From the NCBI GenBank assembly GCA_951406725.2, contig OX597827.1, positions 79,360,001 to 79,424,000 of the forward strand: DNA of 64,000 nucleotides, written 5' to 3'. The position numbers and the translations under genes are program-made. This document shows, piece by piece, positions 38,415 through 51,446 of this stretch. This DNA is from Octopus vulgaris (Eukaryota). Position 1 is the first letter of the stretch; each line of letters starts with the position of its first letter. The notes below the pieces were generated by a model, which searched no databases, was not told the origin of the DNA, and worked only from the letters and a program-made list of their open reading frames with translations.

Positions 38415-38900
38415 AGAGACATGGCTAAGTGGTTAAGTAACTTACTGTCCGACTATAGTGGTATTGGGTTTCATTCAAAACCTAAGAATGAAACCCAAGA
38501 GTTAAAGACTCTTGCCTTGGGTTTCATTCTTAGGTTTTGAATGAAACCCAAGGCAAGAGTCTTTAACTCTTGTATTGTAGCCCCAGGACACCTAAAGCCT
38601 AGTGAATGGATTTAGTAGATGGAAACTGAAAGAAGCCCATATATATATATATATATATCACATATATGCGTGTGTGTGTGTGAGTGTATGCATGTGTGAG
38701 TACCCTTGTCTAGACATCACCTGATGGTTGTAAATAAAATGTTCATTTCCAGTCTTTCACAAAAAATATCTAGCTATAGGAAAATATTACTTTGCTTGGA
38801 AATAGGTAAAGGTTGCAAACAGGAAGGGCATCTGCCTTTAGATAACTTGCCTCAACAAGCATAGGGAAGTGGATATTATATTATGATGCTGAAGACGATG
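38415..38900 (+). mobile_element. Degenerate tRNA-headed SINE with a rearranged, palindromic head
   Basis: catggctaagtggttaag head; ggatttagtagatggaaactgaaagaagccc body shared with the other SINEs. Confidence 0.55.
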
Positions 38901-39217
38901 AATATAATGTAACTCACATGATAAACTATCATCCTAACATAGACATCGTCTATGAAGAGAATTATTTAATTGAGAGTTATACGTTCTATTAATACAGAGC
39001 AATGAGTTCTGGGAGTGATTTTTTAAAAGTATTTATCTACAGATTAGGTAAATATTCATTAATAGTAATGTGAAAGTGAGTTTAATATGAAAGGATAGAC
39101 ATGCAAGTTGTTCAGAGGAATATTAAAGTACCATTAGGAATGATTAATTCAGTTAAAAGTGAAAATTTAAACATTTAATTTTAAATCATGTCATATATAA
39201 TACACACACATTTTTTT

Positions 39218-39603
39218 TTCTTTTACTTGTTTCAGTCATTAGATTGCAGCCATGCTGGGGTACCACCTCGTGGAATTTTAATTGAACTAACTAACCCCAG
39301 TACTTATTGTCTTCTTTTTTAAGCCTAGTACTTAATCTATTAGTCTCTTTTGCTGAACTGCTATGATACAGAAATGTAAATACACCAACACCAGTTGTCA
39401 AGAGGTGGTGGGAAACAAACATAGATACAAACACACGGCTGGCTTCTTTCAGTTTCCAGCTACCTAATCCACTAACAAGGCTTTGGTCAGCCCAAGGCTA
39501 TAGCAGAAGACACTTACCCAAGGTGCCACATATCGGGAGTGAACCTGGAACCACATGTAAAGGTTGGGGAAGTAAACTTCCAACCACACAGCTATGCCTG
39601 CAC
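39218..39603 (-). mobile_element. tRNA-headed SINE
   Basis: Reverse complement of the 46106-46490 family. Confidence 0.75.
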
Positions 39604-40033
39604 CATAAACATACACATAATACTCATACACACCCACGCACATATATTTTAGTGGATTCCTCAGTCTAATGGTTAATATTATAGCCATTAGACTACCCAG
39701 AGATGATTTTTTTACAGTAATGAAAGCTTGTTTAAGATGAGCACACTTTTTAGAAATGCTGATTGTAGAAAGTTTGAGTAAATGCTTGCCACAAAGTCGA
39801 TTAACAAAATACCTCAAGCTTTTCTATCAGAGAGTTAGTCTGACCAATCCTGGTAAGCTAAATGTGCATGTGGGTACCAAACCAGAAATGTCTACATCCT
39901 CACACACACATTGAATTCTAAGAGCAGTGCTTTTGGAGTTACAGAAACTTTTATCACTAACGAGTGGATGAAAAAAATATTTATAGCAATAACAAAGTGT
40001 ATTTAATATGGAAGAATGGTCAAAGGCTGTGAA

Positions 40034-40908
40034 AATTTAATATTTCTATTAAAGCAGACAATATTAAAACGATATGGCAATTTAATATTTTCATTAAAGC
40101 AGACGATACTAAAACAATGTAGCAATTTAATATTTCCATGAAAGCAGACGATATTAAAACGATATGGAAATTTAATATTTTCATTAAAGCAGATGATATT
40201 AAAACAATATGGCAATTTAATATTTTCATTAAAACAGACGATAGTGAACTAATGTAGCAATTTAATATTTTTATTAAAGCAGACGATACTAAAACAATGT
40301 AGCGATTTAATATTTCCATTAAAGCAGATGATATTAAAACAATATGGCAATTTAATATTTTCATTAAAGCAGACGATAGTAAAACAATATGGAAATTTAA
40401 TATTTCCATTAAAGCAAACGATACTAAAACAATGTAGCAATATAATATTTTCATTAAAGCAGATGATATTAAAACAATATGGAAATTTAATATTTTCATT
40501 AAAGCAGACGATAGTAAAACAATATGGAAATTTAATATTTCCATTAAAGCAACGAATACTAAAACAATGTAGCAATTTAATATTTTCATTCAAGCAGACG
40601 ATACTAAAACAATATGGAAATTTAATATTTTCATTAAAGGAAACGATATTAAAACAATATAAAAATTTAATATTTCCATTAGAGCAGACGATACTAAAAC
40701 ATAATGGCCATTTAATATTTCCATTAAAGCAGACGATATTGAAACAATATGGAAATTTGATATTTCTATTAAAGCAGACGATAGTAAAACAATTTGGTAA
40801 TCTAATATTTCCATTAAAGGAAACGATACTAAAACAATATAAAAATTTAATATTTCCATTAGAGCAGATGATATCAAAAGAATTTAATATTTCCATTAAA
40901 GCAGACGA
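40034..40908 (+). repeat. 45-bp minisatellite, ~19 units (left arm of palindrome)
   Basis: Unit ~aatttaatattttcattaaagcagacgatactaaaacaatgtagc; 15-aa periodicity in the overlapping ORFs. Confidence 0.92.
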
Positions 40909-41762
40909 CAATAAAACTGCTCCAAAGTTGGCAATGGAAGTACTTCGAATTTTTTAAGCAACATTATTTAAATACCGTTAATGAAATGTTAGTAAAAAAA
41001 GAAGAAAGGAAACAAAAAACTTATGGAGGTTCTCTGAATTTCTTTTTAGCACTTTATAAAGACTTTTTTTTTTGTTTCGATTTATGAATAAAACGTTTTT
41101 CGATTATCAAACTATGAAATATTAACAAAACGTTGGTAAAAAGAAGGAAAAAAACTCATGAAAGTCGTTCGAAAGTTTTCTTTTTAGCAATTAATAAAGA
41201 ATCCTCCCTTTTTTTTTTTTTTATAAAAAAGGATTATCAAGCATTGTTAGAAATTCACAAAATATCAGTCAAAACTCATAAGGTATATCAGAAATTAATA
41301 TCATTAATCAATATTTGCCTTTACATGTAAATATCCATATTGAAAACATTTTCCTAAATTAATTTTGGCAACAATATAAAATTAGAAATCAAAGGAGACG
41401 AATTTTACGATCTTTCATCGACGGCGAAGAATGTCTGCTGACGGAACGCAGACGACGAATGTTGCAGGGGAGATGACTCTTGGTTTCTTAAATTTCCACA
41501 TCGTTTTCAAAATATTAATGTCACTGGTCAACAGCCAATTTTCAGCGGGGATATTATATGGTGTTTTATATGTAGTTTTGTCCGCAGATTTCAAAAATGT
41601 AATCGGTTTCCTTCTATCAGGCACAGTTTTTCTGATGAGATAAGAGAGGTATATAACTCCCATCAGCAATATCACTACACGTAAACGTCTTATACAGGTC
41701 TGACTATATCAAGGCATTGCAAGAACAGTCCTGATATATTTTGTCATGTCTGTGGTTCATTT

Positions 41763-42362
41763 TCTGGTGGTATTGGAATAGGAAAATCGTCATCGTTGTG
41801 TGGTACTGGTCTTCTTGCTGATTCCAAGTTGGGATACACAATCTTATGCTTGGTCTTTACAGTAAACCCACATACATTAACGTTGCAGAAATAACAGCCC
41901 AAAGAAATGATCCTTTGGCTCTCTCCATATCATAGGTATTGCAAACGGCATTGCTCTCTTCCTCTTATATAGCCAATCCATTCATCAATTTGAACAAACT
42001 GAACAGATGATGTGCGGGGCCCAACTCTTATCTTGTTCCCTGAGAGAGCAGCCAAAGTATAACTGGCAGATCTTCTTGATTTCACTTGTGATGGCACGTT
42101 GCTGAGCTTTGCTGGTAAATGAACCACAGACATGACAAAATATATCAGGACTGTTCTTGCAATGCCTTGATATAGTCAGAATTTACCTGTATAAGACGTT
42201 TACGTGTAGCGATACTGCTGATGGGAGTTATATACCTCTCTTATCTCATCAGAAAAACTGTGCCTGATAGAAGGAAACCGATTACATTTTTAAAATCTGC
42301 GGACAAAACTACATATAAAACACCATATAATATCCCCGCTGAAAATTGGCTGTTGACCAGTG
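41763..42362 (-). mobile_element. 5' end of a Chapaev-type (CMC superfamily) DNA transposon with frameshifted N-terminal zinc-finger region
   Basis: Terminus CACTG at 42362. Translation across frameshifts: CKNSPDIFCHVCGSF...YFGC...QDKSWAPHIICSVC...MPFAIPMIWREPKDH...CYFC...IVYPNLESARRPVPH, a pattern I recognise from Chapaev3-like transposases. Confidence 0.72.
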
Positions 42363-42965
42363 ATATTAATATTTTGAAAACGATGTGGAAATTTAAGAAA
42401 CCAAGAGTCATCTCCCCTGCAACATTTGTCGTCTGCGTTCCGTCAGCAGACATTCTTCGCCGTCGATGAAAGATCGTAAAATTCGTCTCCTTTGATTTCT
42501 AATTTTATATTGTTGCAAAATTAATTTAGGAAAATGTTTTCAATATGGATATTTACATGTAAAGGCAAAGAGTGAGTAATGATATTAATTTCTGATATAC
42601 CTTATGAGTTTTGACTGATATTTTGTGAATTTCTAACAATGCTTGATAATATTTTTTATAAAAAAAAAAGGGAGGATTCTTTATTAATTGCTAAAAAGAA
42701 ATTTTCGAACGACTTCCATGAGTTTTTTCTTTCTTTTTACCAACGTTTTGTTAATATTTCATAGTTTGATAATCAAAAAAAGTTTTATTCATAAATCGAA
42801 AAACAAAAAAAGTCTTTATAAAGTGCTAAAAAGAAATTCAGAGAAGCTCCATAAGTTTTTTGTTTCCTTTTTTCCTTTTTTTACTAACATTTCATTAACG
42901 GTATTTAAATAATGTTGCTTAAAAAATTCGAAGTACTTCCATTGCCAACTTTGGAGCAGTTTTAT

Positions 42966-43787
42966 TGTCGTCTGCTTTAATGGAAATATTAAATTCTTTT
43001 GATATCATCTGCTCTAATGGAAATATTAAATTTTTATATTGTTTTAGTATCGTTTCCTTTAATGGAAATATTAGATTACCAAATTGTTTTACTATCGTGC
43101 TTTAATGGAAATATCAAATTTCCATATTGTTTCAATATCATCTGCTTTAATGGAAATATTAAATGGCCATTATGTTTTAGTATCGTCTGCTTTAATGGAA
43201 ATATTAAATTGTTTTAATACCCTTTCCTTTAATGGAAATATTAAATTTTTATATTGTTTTAATATCGTTCCTTTAATGGAAATATTAAATTGTTTTAATA
43301 TCGTCTGCTTTCATGGAAATATTAACTTTCCATATTGTTTTAATATCGTCTGCTTTAAGGAAAATATTAAATTTTGCTACATTGTTTTAATATCGTCTGC
43401 TTTCATGGAAATATTAACTTTCCATATTGTTTTAATATCGTCTGCTTTAATGAAAATAATAAATTGCTACATTGTTTTAGTATCGTCTACATTAATGGAA
43501 ATATTAAATTGTTTTAATATCGTTTCCTTTAATGGAAATATTAAATTGTTTTAATATCGTTTCCTTTAATGGAGATATTAAATTTCCATATTCTGTTACT
43601 ATTGTCTGCTTTAATGAAAATATTAAATTGCTTCATTGTTTTGTATCGTCTGTTCCCAAGGAAATATTAAATTTCCATATTGTTTCAATACCATCTGCTT
43701 TAATAGAAATATTAAATTTCCATATTGTTTTAATATCGTCTGCTTTAATGGAGGTATTAAATTGCCTTATCATTTTAGTATCATCTG
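42966..43787 (-). repeat. 45-bp minisatellite, inverted copy with some shortened units (right arm)
   Basis: Reverse complement of the 40034-40908 unit. Confidence 0.9.
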
Positions 43788-44789
43788 TAGGAATATATCA
43801 ATCCCGTGTATGTATCTGATGTTAGTTTATATGTATACATACACATACAATTAAGGTTGAAAACTGAACTTAGATGTTGCTCTTCATCCTCCATAGCAGG
43901 CACTCTCTATAGTATGCAAGACTACACATACAAATAACAATACAAACTGGAGCTAAAAGATCTTTACAAAAATATGATCCCTGACATGGATAAGCAGAGA
44001 TGGAGTACAAAGTGATTCCTGATATAAGTAGAGAGACGAATCAAACTAACACAACACTGCCAATGAGATTGGATTCTTGGCTACAACAAAGCCTCAATTC
44101 TAAGAGGGTGATGTGTATAATAAATCACATTAAAAAAGTAAAATTATGTGTGAAAAATATGAACATGCACTAACATATGTGATACACCAACATTTACACA
44201 AATGGCACTTTTAATATTTTACTAATCTAAGACGACAGGATGAGATTTATTGCTATATCAAGCAAATATCACAGCCCTTCAGAAGTTTTCTCCTCACCAT
44301 GTTTAAGGAAATGTTTGTGTTGTTTAGTATTAGATCAATTATAGCCAAAAAACTATGATGAAAAGTGTTAGTCATAACAATCCTATCACCTGAAAAGTAG
44401 GAAATTTATTTTTGTTCATACATTGTGCAATGTGTTGGGGCTTTGGTCTTTTCAGTAGATTCAACAACTAAATTATTGTGTGTTTACCAAACCTTGATGT
44501 ATCTGGTGGTAAAAGTGTTTGGTATTAAGAAAAATGTTTGCCTGACAGGCAATACATCTGTTGTATAATAGAAATGCATTTAAAAAGGAAACAAAAAACT
44601 ATTGTTTTGAATTACTCTTTAACTTGAAATAGCTATTTTCTTTACCTTTTAAAGACACTTCTATAAAGTATGGAGCTATTTGCAGATAGACGAATGGCAG
44701 CATTGAAACAGTGTTAAATTTAATGAATTCTAAACATGGTTCAATCTTAGGTTTCAGTAAGTTGACAATAATCTGTTTGTTAATGCAAT

Positions 44790-45080
44790 TATTACAACAG
44801 TTCTATATTTAAGAGATGAGAAATTATGTACATTATTTAAATTTGACAGATAGTTGTCCTCATCTTGTTTGTTGTCAACATGTTTTGGTTGATATACCCT
44901 CCAGCCTTCATCAGGTGTCTTGGGAAAATTTCGAACATGGCTTCTCATTCCTAAGGTATTTTTCGATGTTGTTATTATTATTATTATTATTATTATTTTT
45001 ACTCAGGTCACTGCCTGGAATCGAACTTGGAATCTTGGGGTTAGTAGCCCATGCTCTTAACCACTATGCCATATGCCTGT
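44790..45080 (-). mobile_element. tRNA-headed SINE with (TTA)n tract and a CTGATGA-containing 3' region
   Basis: Minus strand reads ggcatatggcatagtggttaagagc (A box) ... gttcgattcc (B box). Confidence 0.65.
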
Positions 45081-45997
45081 GGGCATATGGCGTTGTGGTT
45101 AAGAGCGTGAGCTAGAAAAAAATTGTGATGTGTGTCAGTATGTGAGTGTGTGTGCATGTTCACCATTTATTTTTCCATATTAAATTCCAATATAATTGTT
45201 ATCATAACACTCTGAAAGGTATTTGTAGAAAAATTTCAGAAAAAAGTACCCAGCCAACTCAGGTGAATTTTCTGAAACCCTCTCCCCACCCACAGAATTT
45301 TTTTCCTTTTCACATCAAATTTCAATATAATCAGGGTTTAAGCTATCTGATGCGTATTAGTAGAAATTTTATTTAAAAATAGCCATTTTTCTGAAAGTTA
45401 TGACGAAATTGAATTACTTGTGCAGGTATGCCAAACCTTAAATTACAGAGGGTACAAAATGAGTAACTTCAGATTTCTCATTATTTTTTTTCCCCTACCT
45501 GTTTGAAATCATTACATTGTAAGTAATGCCATCTATATTTTTTACTGTTGCATCATCTTAAGGAATAGAAATTGGTCAATATAGTAGCTTCTGAAGTGAA
45601 GTTAGGTTGAACATAGATGATGTATTTTTTTCTTTTCAAGAAAATTTTCCTCAGTTTGACCTGATTGTAATTGAGGTTACTAATGAAATATTTGGATAAT
45701 TTTTGGTGTTAAACAATTAATATCCTTTTTTCAATGGGATTCCAAGTCAATTTTTTTTCCACACTAATGTCTAATTTGATAATTTTCAAGTTTCAAAAGT
45801 GATGTCTAGAAATGGGGTAAAATGAGTAATGCCTAATTTCAGTGACTTCATTTCTGTGTAAATATATCATGAAGAAGCTATAGAAGATATTTTATTTTGA
45901 GCTTTTTTTTTTTTTTTTAGTTCAGTTTCATTAATTTCATGTGCTATTTTTCCACGATCCTCTTTCATTTGACCTAGATATTTTAAATTTTGAGGAG

Positions 45998-46675
45998 GAG
46001 GTAAAAAATGTGTACACCACCCGTTTTTGGTGATGGGTAGGTAAAAGGGATATTGAATGTTTCTTAAAGGAAAATTAAAAGTTAAAAAAAATCTTTCCAG
46101 ATTTAGGCACAGGTGTGGCTGTGTGGTAAGTAGCTTGCTTACCAACGACATGGTTCCGGGTTCAGTCCCACTGCGTGGCACCTTGGGCAAGTGTCTTCTA
46201 CTATAACCTCGGGCCGACCAAGGTCTTGTGAATGGATTTGGTAGACGGAAACTGAAAAAAGCCCGTTGTAGATGTGTATATGTATGTATATATGTGTGTG
46301 TGTTTGTCCCCCAACATCGCTTGACAACCGATGTTGGTGTGTTTAGGTCCCCGTAACTTAGCGGTTCGGCAAAAGAAACCGATAGAATAAGTACTAGGCT
46401 TACAAAGAATAAGTCTAGGGGTCGATTTGCTCGACTAAAGGCGGTGCTCCAGCATGGCCGCAGTCAAATGACTGAAACAAGTAAAAGAAAAAAAAAAAGA
46501 TTCGTAATTTTTCTACGTGAATTTTAAAAAAAAGATGAATTGGCAGGAGGATGGAGGAAATTAAAATTTTGAAAACGTGATTTTTAGGCAAAATCGTATT
46601 CTCCTATATCGAAAACATAGAAATCCGGAGAAAAAAACCCCACCGAAAACGGGTGGTGTACACATTCTTTACCTC
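45998..46675. mobile_element. Non-autonomous DNA element (MITE) with 35-bp TIRs, containing a nested SINE
   Basis: gaggtaaaaaatgtgtacaccacccgtttttggtg at 45998 and its inverse at 46641-46675, two mismatches. Confidence 0.6.
46106..46490 (+). mobile_element. Young tRNA-headed SINE, CpGs retained, A-rich tail
   Basis: ggcacaggtgtggctgtgtggtaag...ccgggttcagtccc...gcagtcaaatgactgaaacaagtaaaagaaaa; several relatives in the window. Confidence 0.85.
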
Positions 46676-48539
46676 AGCCAAGTTTTGTTGCATTTCTAAT
46701 TTTTGTCATAAAGGATGGATATTGATGTGTAAAGTCACTTTTCAAATGTAATTCTGGAAAATTGATGAGGAAAATGTACCTAATCTTGGCTTAATCATTT
46801 TGCCCCAGCTAAATTGGTCTTTCATATGAAAGGACGGCGATAATTTTCTGAAATAGGGATCAAATTATTTTATAATGCTTTTAATGCATTTAGGGAAGGC
46901 TATTTATTTTGCTGATATAATTTTTAAGGCAATCAATCGGTATTGGTCTCGAGAAAGTACAACTATACGTTCAGCAACTTTCGTAAATTTTTTTTTCTTT
47001 ACTGTTTCTGTTTTGCAACTGAAGAGTGAAAAAGACGGTCGCACACGCTCATTGTCTTTCATTTTCACGCACACTCATACATACATACATAAATATACGT
47101 TTTGTTTTCACGAATGGCTTATGTTTATGTGCATGTATGTATATTTGTGTATGCATGTGTGCCAGCGTGTATGTATATTTGTATATATTTATAGGTCTGT
47201 GTATGTATGTAAAAGAAAATCAAGAAATAAAAATGTTTTACAGAAGTTGCCGAACGTATGGTTTCACTTTTGTAAAAGATAATATTGTCTCAGTCAAAAA
47301 TGCAGTAAAGCACCTCATTTTGAACCCCCACCCCACCCATTGATTTTTTTTTTTTTTTCAAACAAGCACAAACCCTTGAATTTTCTGCGACTGTAGCCGA
47401 TAAAAATCGATCCCTGTTCATGGCTGCAACACATATCAAAATATATGCAGCATGCTTTAAAGATAGAGTTTAAAACTTCTCACCTTTTGTAACAATAAAA
47501 AGCCTCAGTCCGCGAAAACTGGTGTTGGTCTGAATCGGCAAAATTTAAATAATGAAATTCGTTAATTTGGAGAAGATCGTATGTCATGGGAAAACGAAAA
47601 TGCTGACATTTCACCTTATAAGACGAAAATACTTTAATACCTCTCTCGGAAAGGGGTAGCCTCTAACGGCAGTTGTAACTTATACCTCGTGGATTATAAA
47701 ACAACACAAACTTTACTATTTTGAATAAAGCAGTTCAGGTGCGCCACAAGTTATGTCCCTTGCAACATTTTTGCCGCCAGTATTACAAAACGTTCACACA
47801 TTGTCACAGACACAATCACACAAAAAACATCGGTTACACTTGCATGCTAACACACAGAATCATCCATGCGTGCATACTAACACAAACAGTCACACGTACA
47901 TATACACTTACGCGCAATATAAGCAGTCAATAAATATAATGTTATGTTGTCAATGCAAGTTCGTCTACTTTATGTTGTTATGTTTCAAATTTTACATTAT
48001 CCTTAGAATAATTTTAGAAAATGTTCATAAAATGGATATTTTAATACTTATGTCATGTTTATACATATTTTATCTGAAAATTTACGTGTGTTTACTACAA
48101 TTTCTTTTTTAACGCTGCAATGACTATAAATGTGAAATTCCCGTGAAGAGGATTTTCGGAATAGATGTCTCGTCTCAATCGGAATTTTTTGCTTTCTCCA
48201 GATTTCCAATTTTAACAATATAAGGGAAAGGCCTAACAAATGAAAAAAAAAAAAAAAAACTTTTTTTTTCCAAAAGCCCTACTCCTCTCAACATGCCTTT
48301 CGGGCATCAGCGACCGCTAAAATTATATAATTTTCCTTTTACATTATTGTTCGTCCTGTTGTAGTTTATCACATTTTGAAACACTTGTAATCCGTACTTT
48401 TAGAGATAAAAGTTTTCTTTTTTGTTATTTTTCGTATGCCTCCCCCCCACCACCACTATTCTTTTCCCAAGCAATACAAAAAGTGAATTTACTAAGGTTG
48501 GTTTGCATACTAGGAGTTATACATTGTATATGGATTTAA

Positions 48540-48577
48540 CTTTTATATATATGTGTATGAACATTATGTATGTATGT

Positions 48578-48616
<39 letters not shown>

Positions 48617-48838
48617 TGCTTGTACATGTACGTGCATATGAATGTGTGTACGTGTATGCATATTGTGGCTGTGTATGTATGTATGTGTATGTGTACATGT
48701 ATATATATATGTGCATGTGTGCATATATATATATGCATGTGTGCATATATATATATATATGCATGTGTTCATATATATATATGTGTGTGCATATGTATAT
48801 GTGTGTGTGTGTGTGTGTGTACACACTTATGTAGGTAT
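48540..48838. repeat. Compound (TA)/(TG) low-complexity repeat
   Basis: Seen directly. Confidence 0.9.
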
Positions 48839-49350
48839 GTACAGGGCACAGTGAATAAACTCATCTAAATTACACAAAAATGAAAATAACACTGACATCT
48901 CATTTTAACAGATATATTTACCAAAATTACATTAAGATATCTTGAAATACTAAAGAATAAATTTATTCAATAAAATCGCCATTAGCTTCAACCATGGCCT
49001 CAAGATGACTTCGGAATCTCCTGCAACTCTTCTGGACAGTCTCCATGTTTAAGTTGGTGAATGCTGCCATAATCCTAGCCTTCAGTTCATCTTTCTTGTT
49101 ACAAGGAGTTTTGTTGGTCTTTTGCTCAACTGTGCCCCACACATAATAATCAAGGGGGTTGCAGTCGGTGGGGGGGGGGGGGAGTTAGGTGACCAGATGT
49201 TATGGGTGATGAGGTCACAGAAATTGTCTGACAACTATGAATGGGTTCTCCTACTTGTGTGGCATGGTTCAGAGTCCTGTTGCCAGACACAGTCTTCCAT
49301 CAGCCACCCTCTTGACCCAGGGCAGCACTACCTCTCTAGGCACTTGATTT
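48839..49350 (-). mobile_element. 3' fragment of a Tc1/mariner-superfamily transposon
   Basis: TA-CAGGG terminus at 48840. Minus strand encodes DCNPLDYYV (SPDLNPLD-type motif) with frameshifts. Confidence 0.65.
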
Positions 49351-49711
49351 AGACTTTCGTGTTGAGTTTGTAGCATACGCTTAGTGAAATTCTCTCTCTG
49401 TTATATATAACAAAAATATGGACGTAGTAGATAACAGCTAGCCTTCAGCCCTTTGGACACTGTTGTGTCCACTACTCTGATTGGTTGGTATTGACGCAAT
49501 TTGTCTCTTGCTCTATTACGCACCAATATGCAACCCAACCAATCGCAACCTTCTGATAAGGTCTCGTGACACATTTTTACTCAAGCTCTGTTTGAGCCAA
49601 TAATCTGCTATAAAACTTCAGTAATTCACTATATTTCATCTTTGGTTCTAGACCTTCTAAGGTCTAACCACTGACCACAGAGCACACAGCCATTTCCAGC
49701 GACAGACAACA

Positions 49712-50535
49712 CCAGCAGCAGGTAGGAGCTCTCTGAACTTTGCCCAGGCTATTCTTATTCTAGCAGCTACACTTTCAGAGCATCCACCCTTGCTACTGGC
49801 TTGGACCCCTAAGTAACATAAGCTATCAACTACTTCTAGTTTTTCTCCCTGGAATGTGACAGAAGCTATTCTCTGCACATTTTCTGTGTTTACAGCACCT
49901 GAACATTTGCCACATACAAAAACTATCTTCCCAGTTAGCTTCCTTTTGATATTGCTGCACCTCTTATGTGTCCATAGCTTACACTGGGTACATCTTATGG
50001 AGTTTCTACCTACGCCTTTTCTACAGATTGAGCAGGACCATCTACCTGAAGGGATTTATGGTTTGACTGTCTTCCTACTTATTAAGACTTTGGTTTTAGC
50101 TAGGTTGACTCTAAAGCCCTTTGATTCTAATCCTTGTTTCCACACCTGAAAATTCTCCTCTAATTCTGATAGTGACTCAGCAATTAGAGCATGACCGTTA
50201 TCTGCATCGCCCTACTGGCACTTGTGCCGGTGGCACGTGAACAAAACATTCGAGCGAGGTCGTTGCCAGTGCCACTGGACTGACTCCTGTGCAGGTGGCA
50301 TGTAAAAAACACCACTTGAGCATAGCCATTGCCAGTACCGCTGACCGGCCCTTGTGCTGGTGGCATGTAAAAGCACTCACTATACTCTCGGAGTGGTTGG
50401 CGTTAGGAAGGGCATCCAGCTGTAGAAACTCTGCCAGATCAAGACTGGAGCCTGGTGCAACCATCTGGTTCGTCAATCCTCAGTCAAATCGTCCAACCCA
50501 TGCTAGCATGGAAAGCAGACGTTAAATGATGATGG
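49712..50535. mobile_element. RTE LINE remnant: RT segment on minus (49712-50191) joined to 3' UTR/tail on plus (50192-50535)
   Basis: First part colinear with 19060-19533; second part is the reverse complement of ~18135-18480. Confidence 0.82.
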
Positions 50536-51039
50536 TGAGTTCACAGATGAGATCCAGATATTCTCTGCATAGAAGACAGTAATATTCAAAAGATTCAAAC
50601 TTAGACTCCAATGTCTTTACAGGAGATTGTTACACAAGGTAATGAAAGGCTATAAGAGGGATCAGGTTGAACAGGTATAGAAGCAATTAATTTATCCACT
50701 TAATTGCTTATATATATACATATATATATATATATTGTGAGTGTACATGTATTTATGCATATATGTTTGTCTTAGCTAGCAAAGGTTTACAGTGATGTTC
50801 ATGTCTACTGCAGGCTTGCTGATGCACAAGACGAATGGAAATGGTTGTATAGGAAGGTAGGCTGATCAGAGTTGGTTGTCGTATCCTTGTCTTTTCATTC
50901 CTTTTTCTTTTGTTTGCAAGGATGGTCCTGCATACGTTTTCAAAGGAGGTCAGTTAGATGCCATGCTCCATAGTCTTCATCAAGAACAGACACATGGTAT
51001 TGAGGGATTTCTTTAGAGTTCTTGTACCACTTCTATGGT

Positions 51040-51320
51040 ATTCCCTATCAGGTCAGGTATAGCAAAAACCTCTCCTAGCCCTTCCCTTGTGGCAACAGTA
51101 TGAAGGAAGACTGTGTGCTCATGCCAACCTTTTTCCCCATCTTCAGCAAGATGCTTCAGAAGACCATAATGATGTAGATGGCATCTACACCCAATATCTC
51201 TTCAACCGGAGGCACATGTAAGCTCACACCAAAACACTGAAACAACCTGTTCATGAGTTACTTTTTGCAGATAATACTGCTTGTTACCCACACAGAGATA
51301 GCCCTGCAATGCAGCACCTT
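51040..51320 (+). mobile_element. Decayed RT fragment of a second RTE (BovB-like) LINE family
   Basis: Translates to MKEDCVLMPTFF and VHELLFADNTA, resembling GVKQGCVLAPTLF and ELLFADD. Confidence 0.5.
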
Positions 51321-51446
51321 GTGTTTGTATATATGTATGTTTATATATGTGTATGTGTGCATGTATATATACATAAATATCTACATACACACTCAAATTT
51401 ATAAAAACATACACACATAAGGATATTATTACTCACCTTTATTTTA

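Larger units (their letters stand above)
40034..43787. repeat. Large inverted repeat: arms ~40034-41762 and ~42117-43787, 354-bp spacer
   Basis: 41415-41675(-) and 42221-42469(+) translate identically; the arms match base by base with scattered differences. Confidence 0.93.

Noticed and set aside
40003-40957. Long repetitive ORFs (189-220 aa) and a CRISPR-like look
   Set aside because: Products of a 45-bp minisatellite (multiple of 3), open on both strands; no unique spacers and eukaryotic context.
41415-42469. Identical ORF pairs on opposite strands
   Set aside because: Consequence of the inverted duplication; they span the transposon terminus and flank and show no protein features.
46106-46180. 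tRNA-like sequences here and at other SINE heads
   Set aside because: They continue into SINE bodies and lack a complete cloverleaf; not tRNA genes.
48422-48868. Cys/Tyr/His-rich ORFs
   Set aside because: Translations of TA/TG microsatellite.
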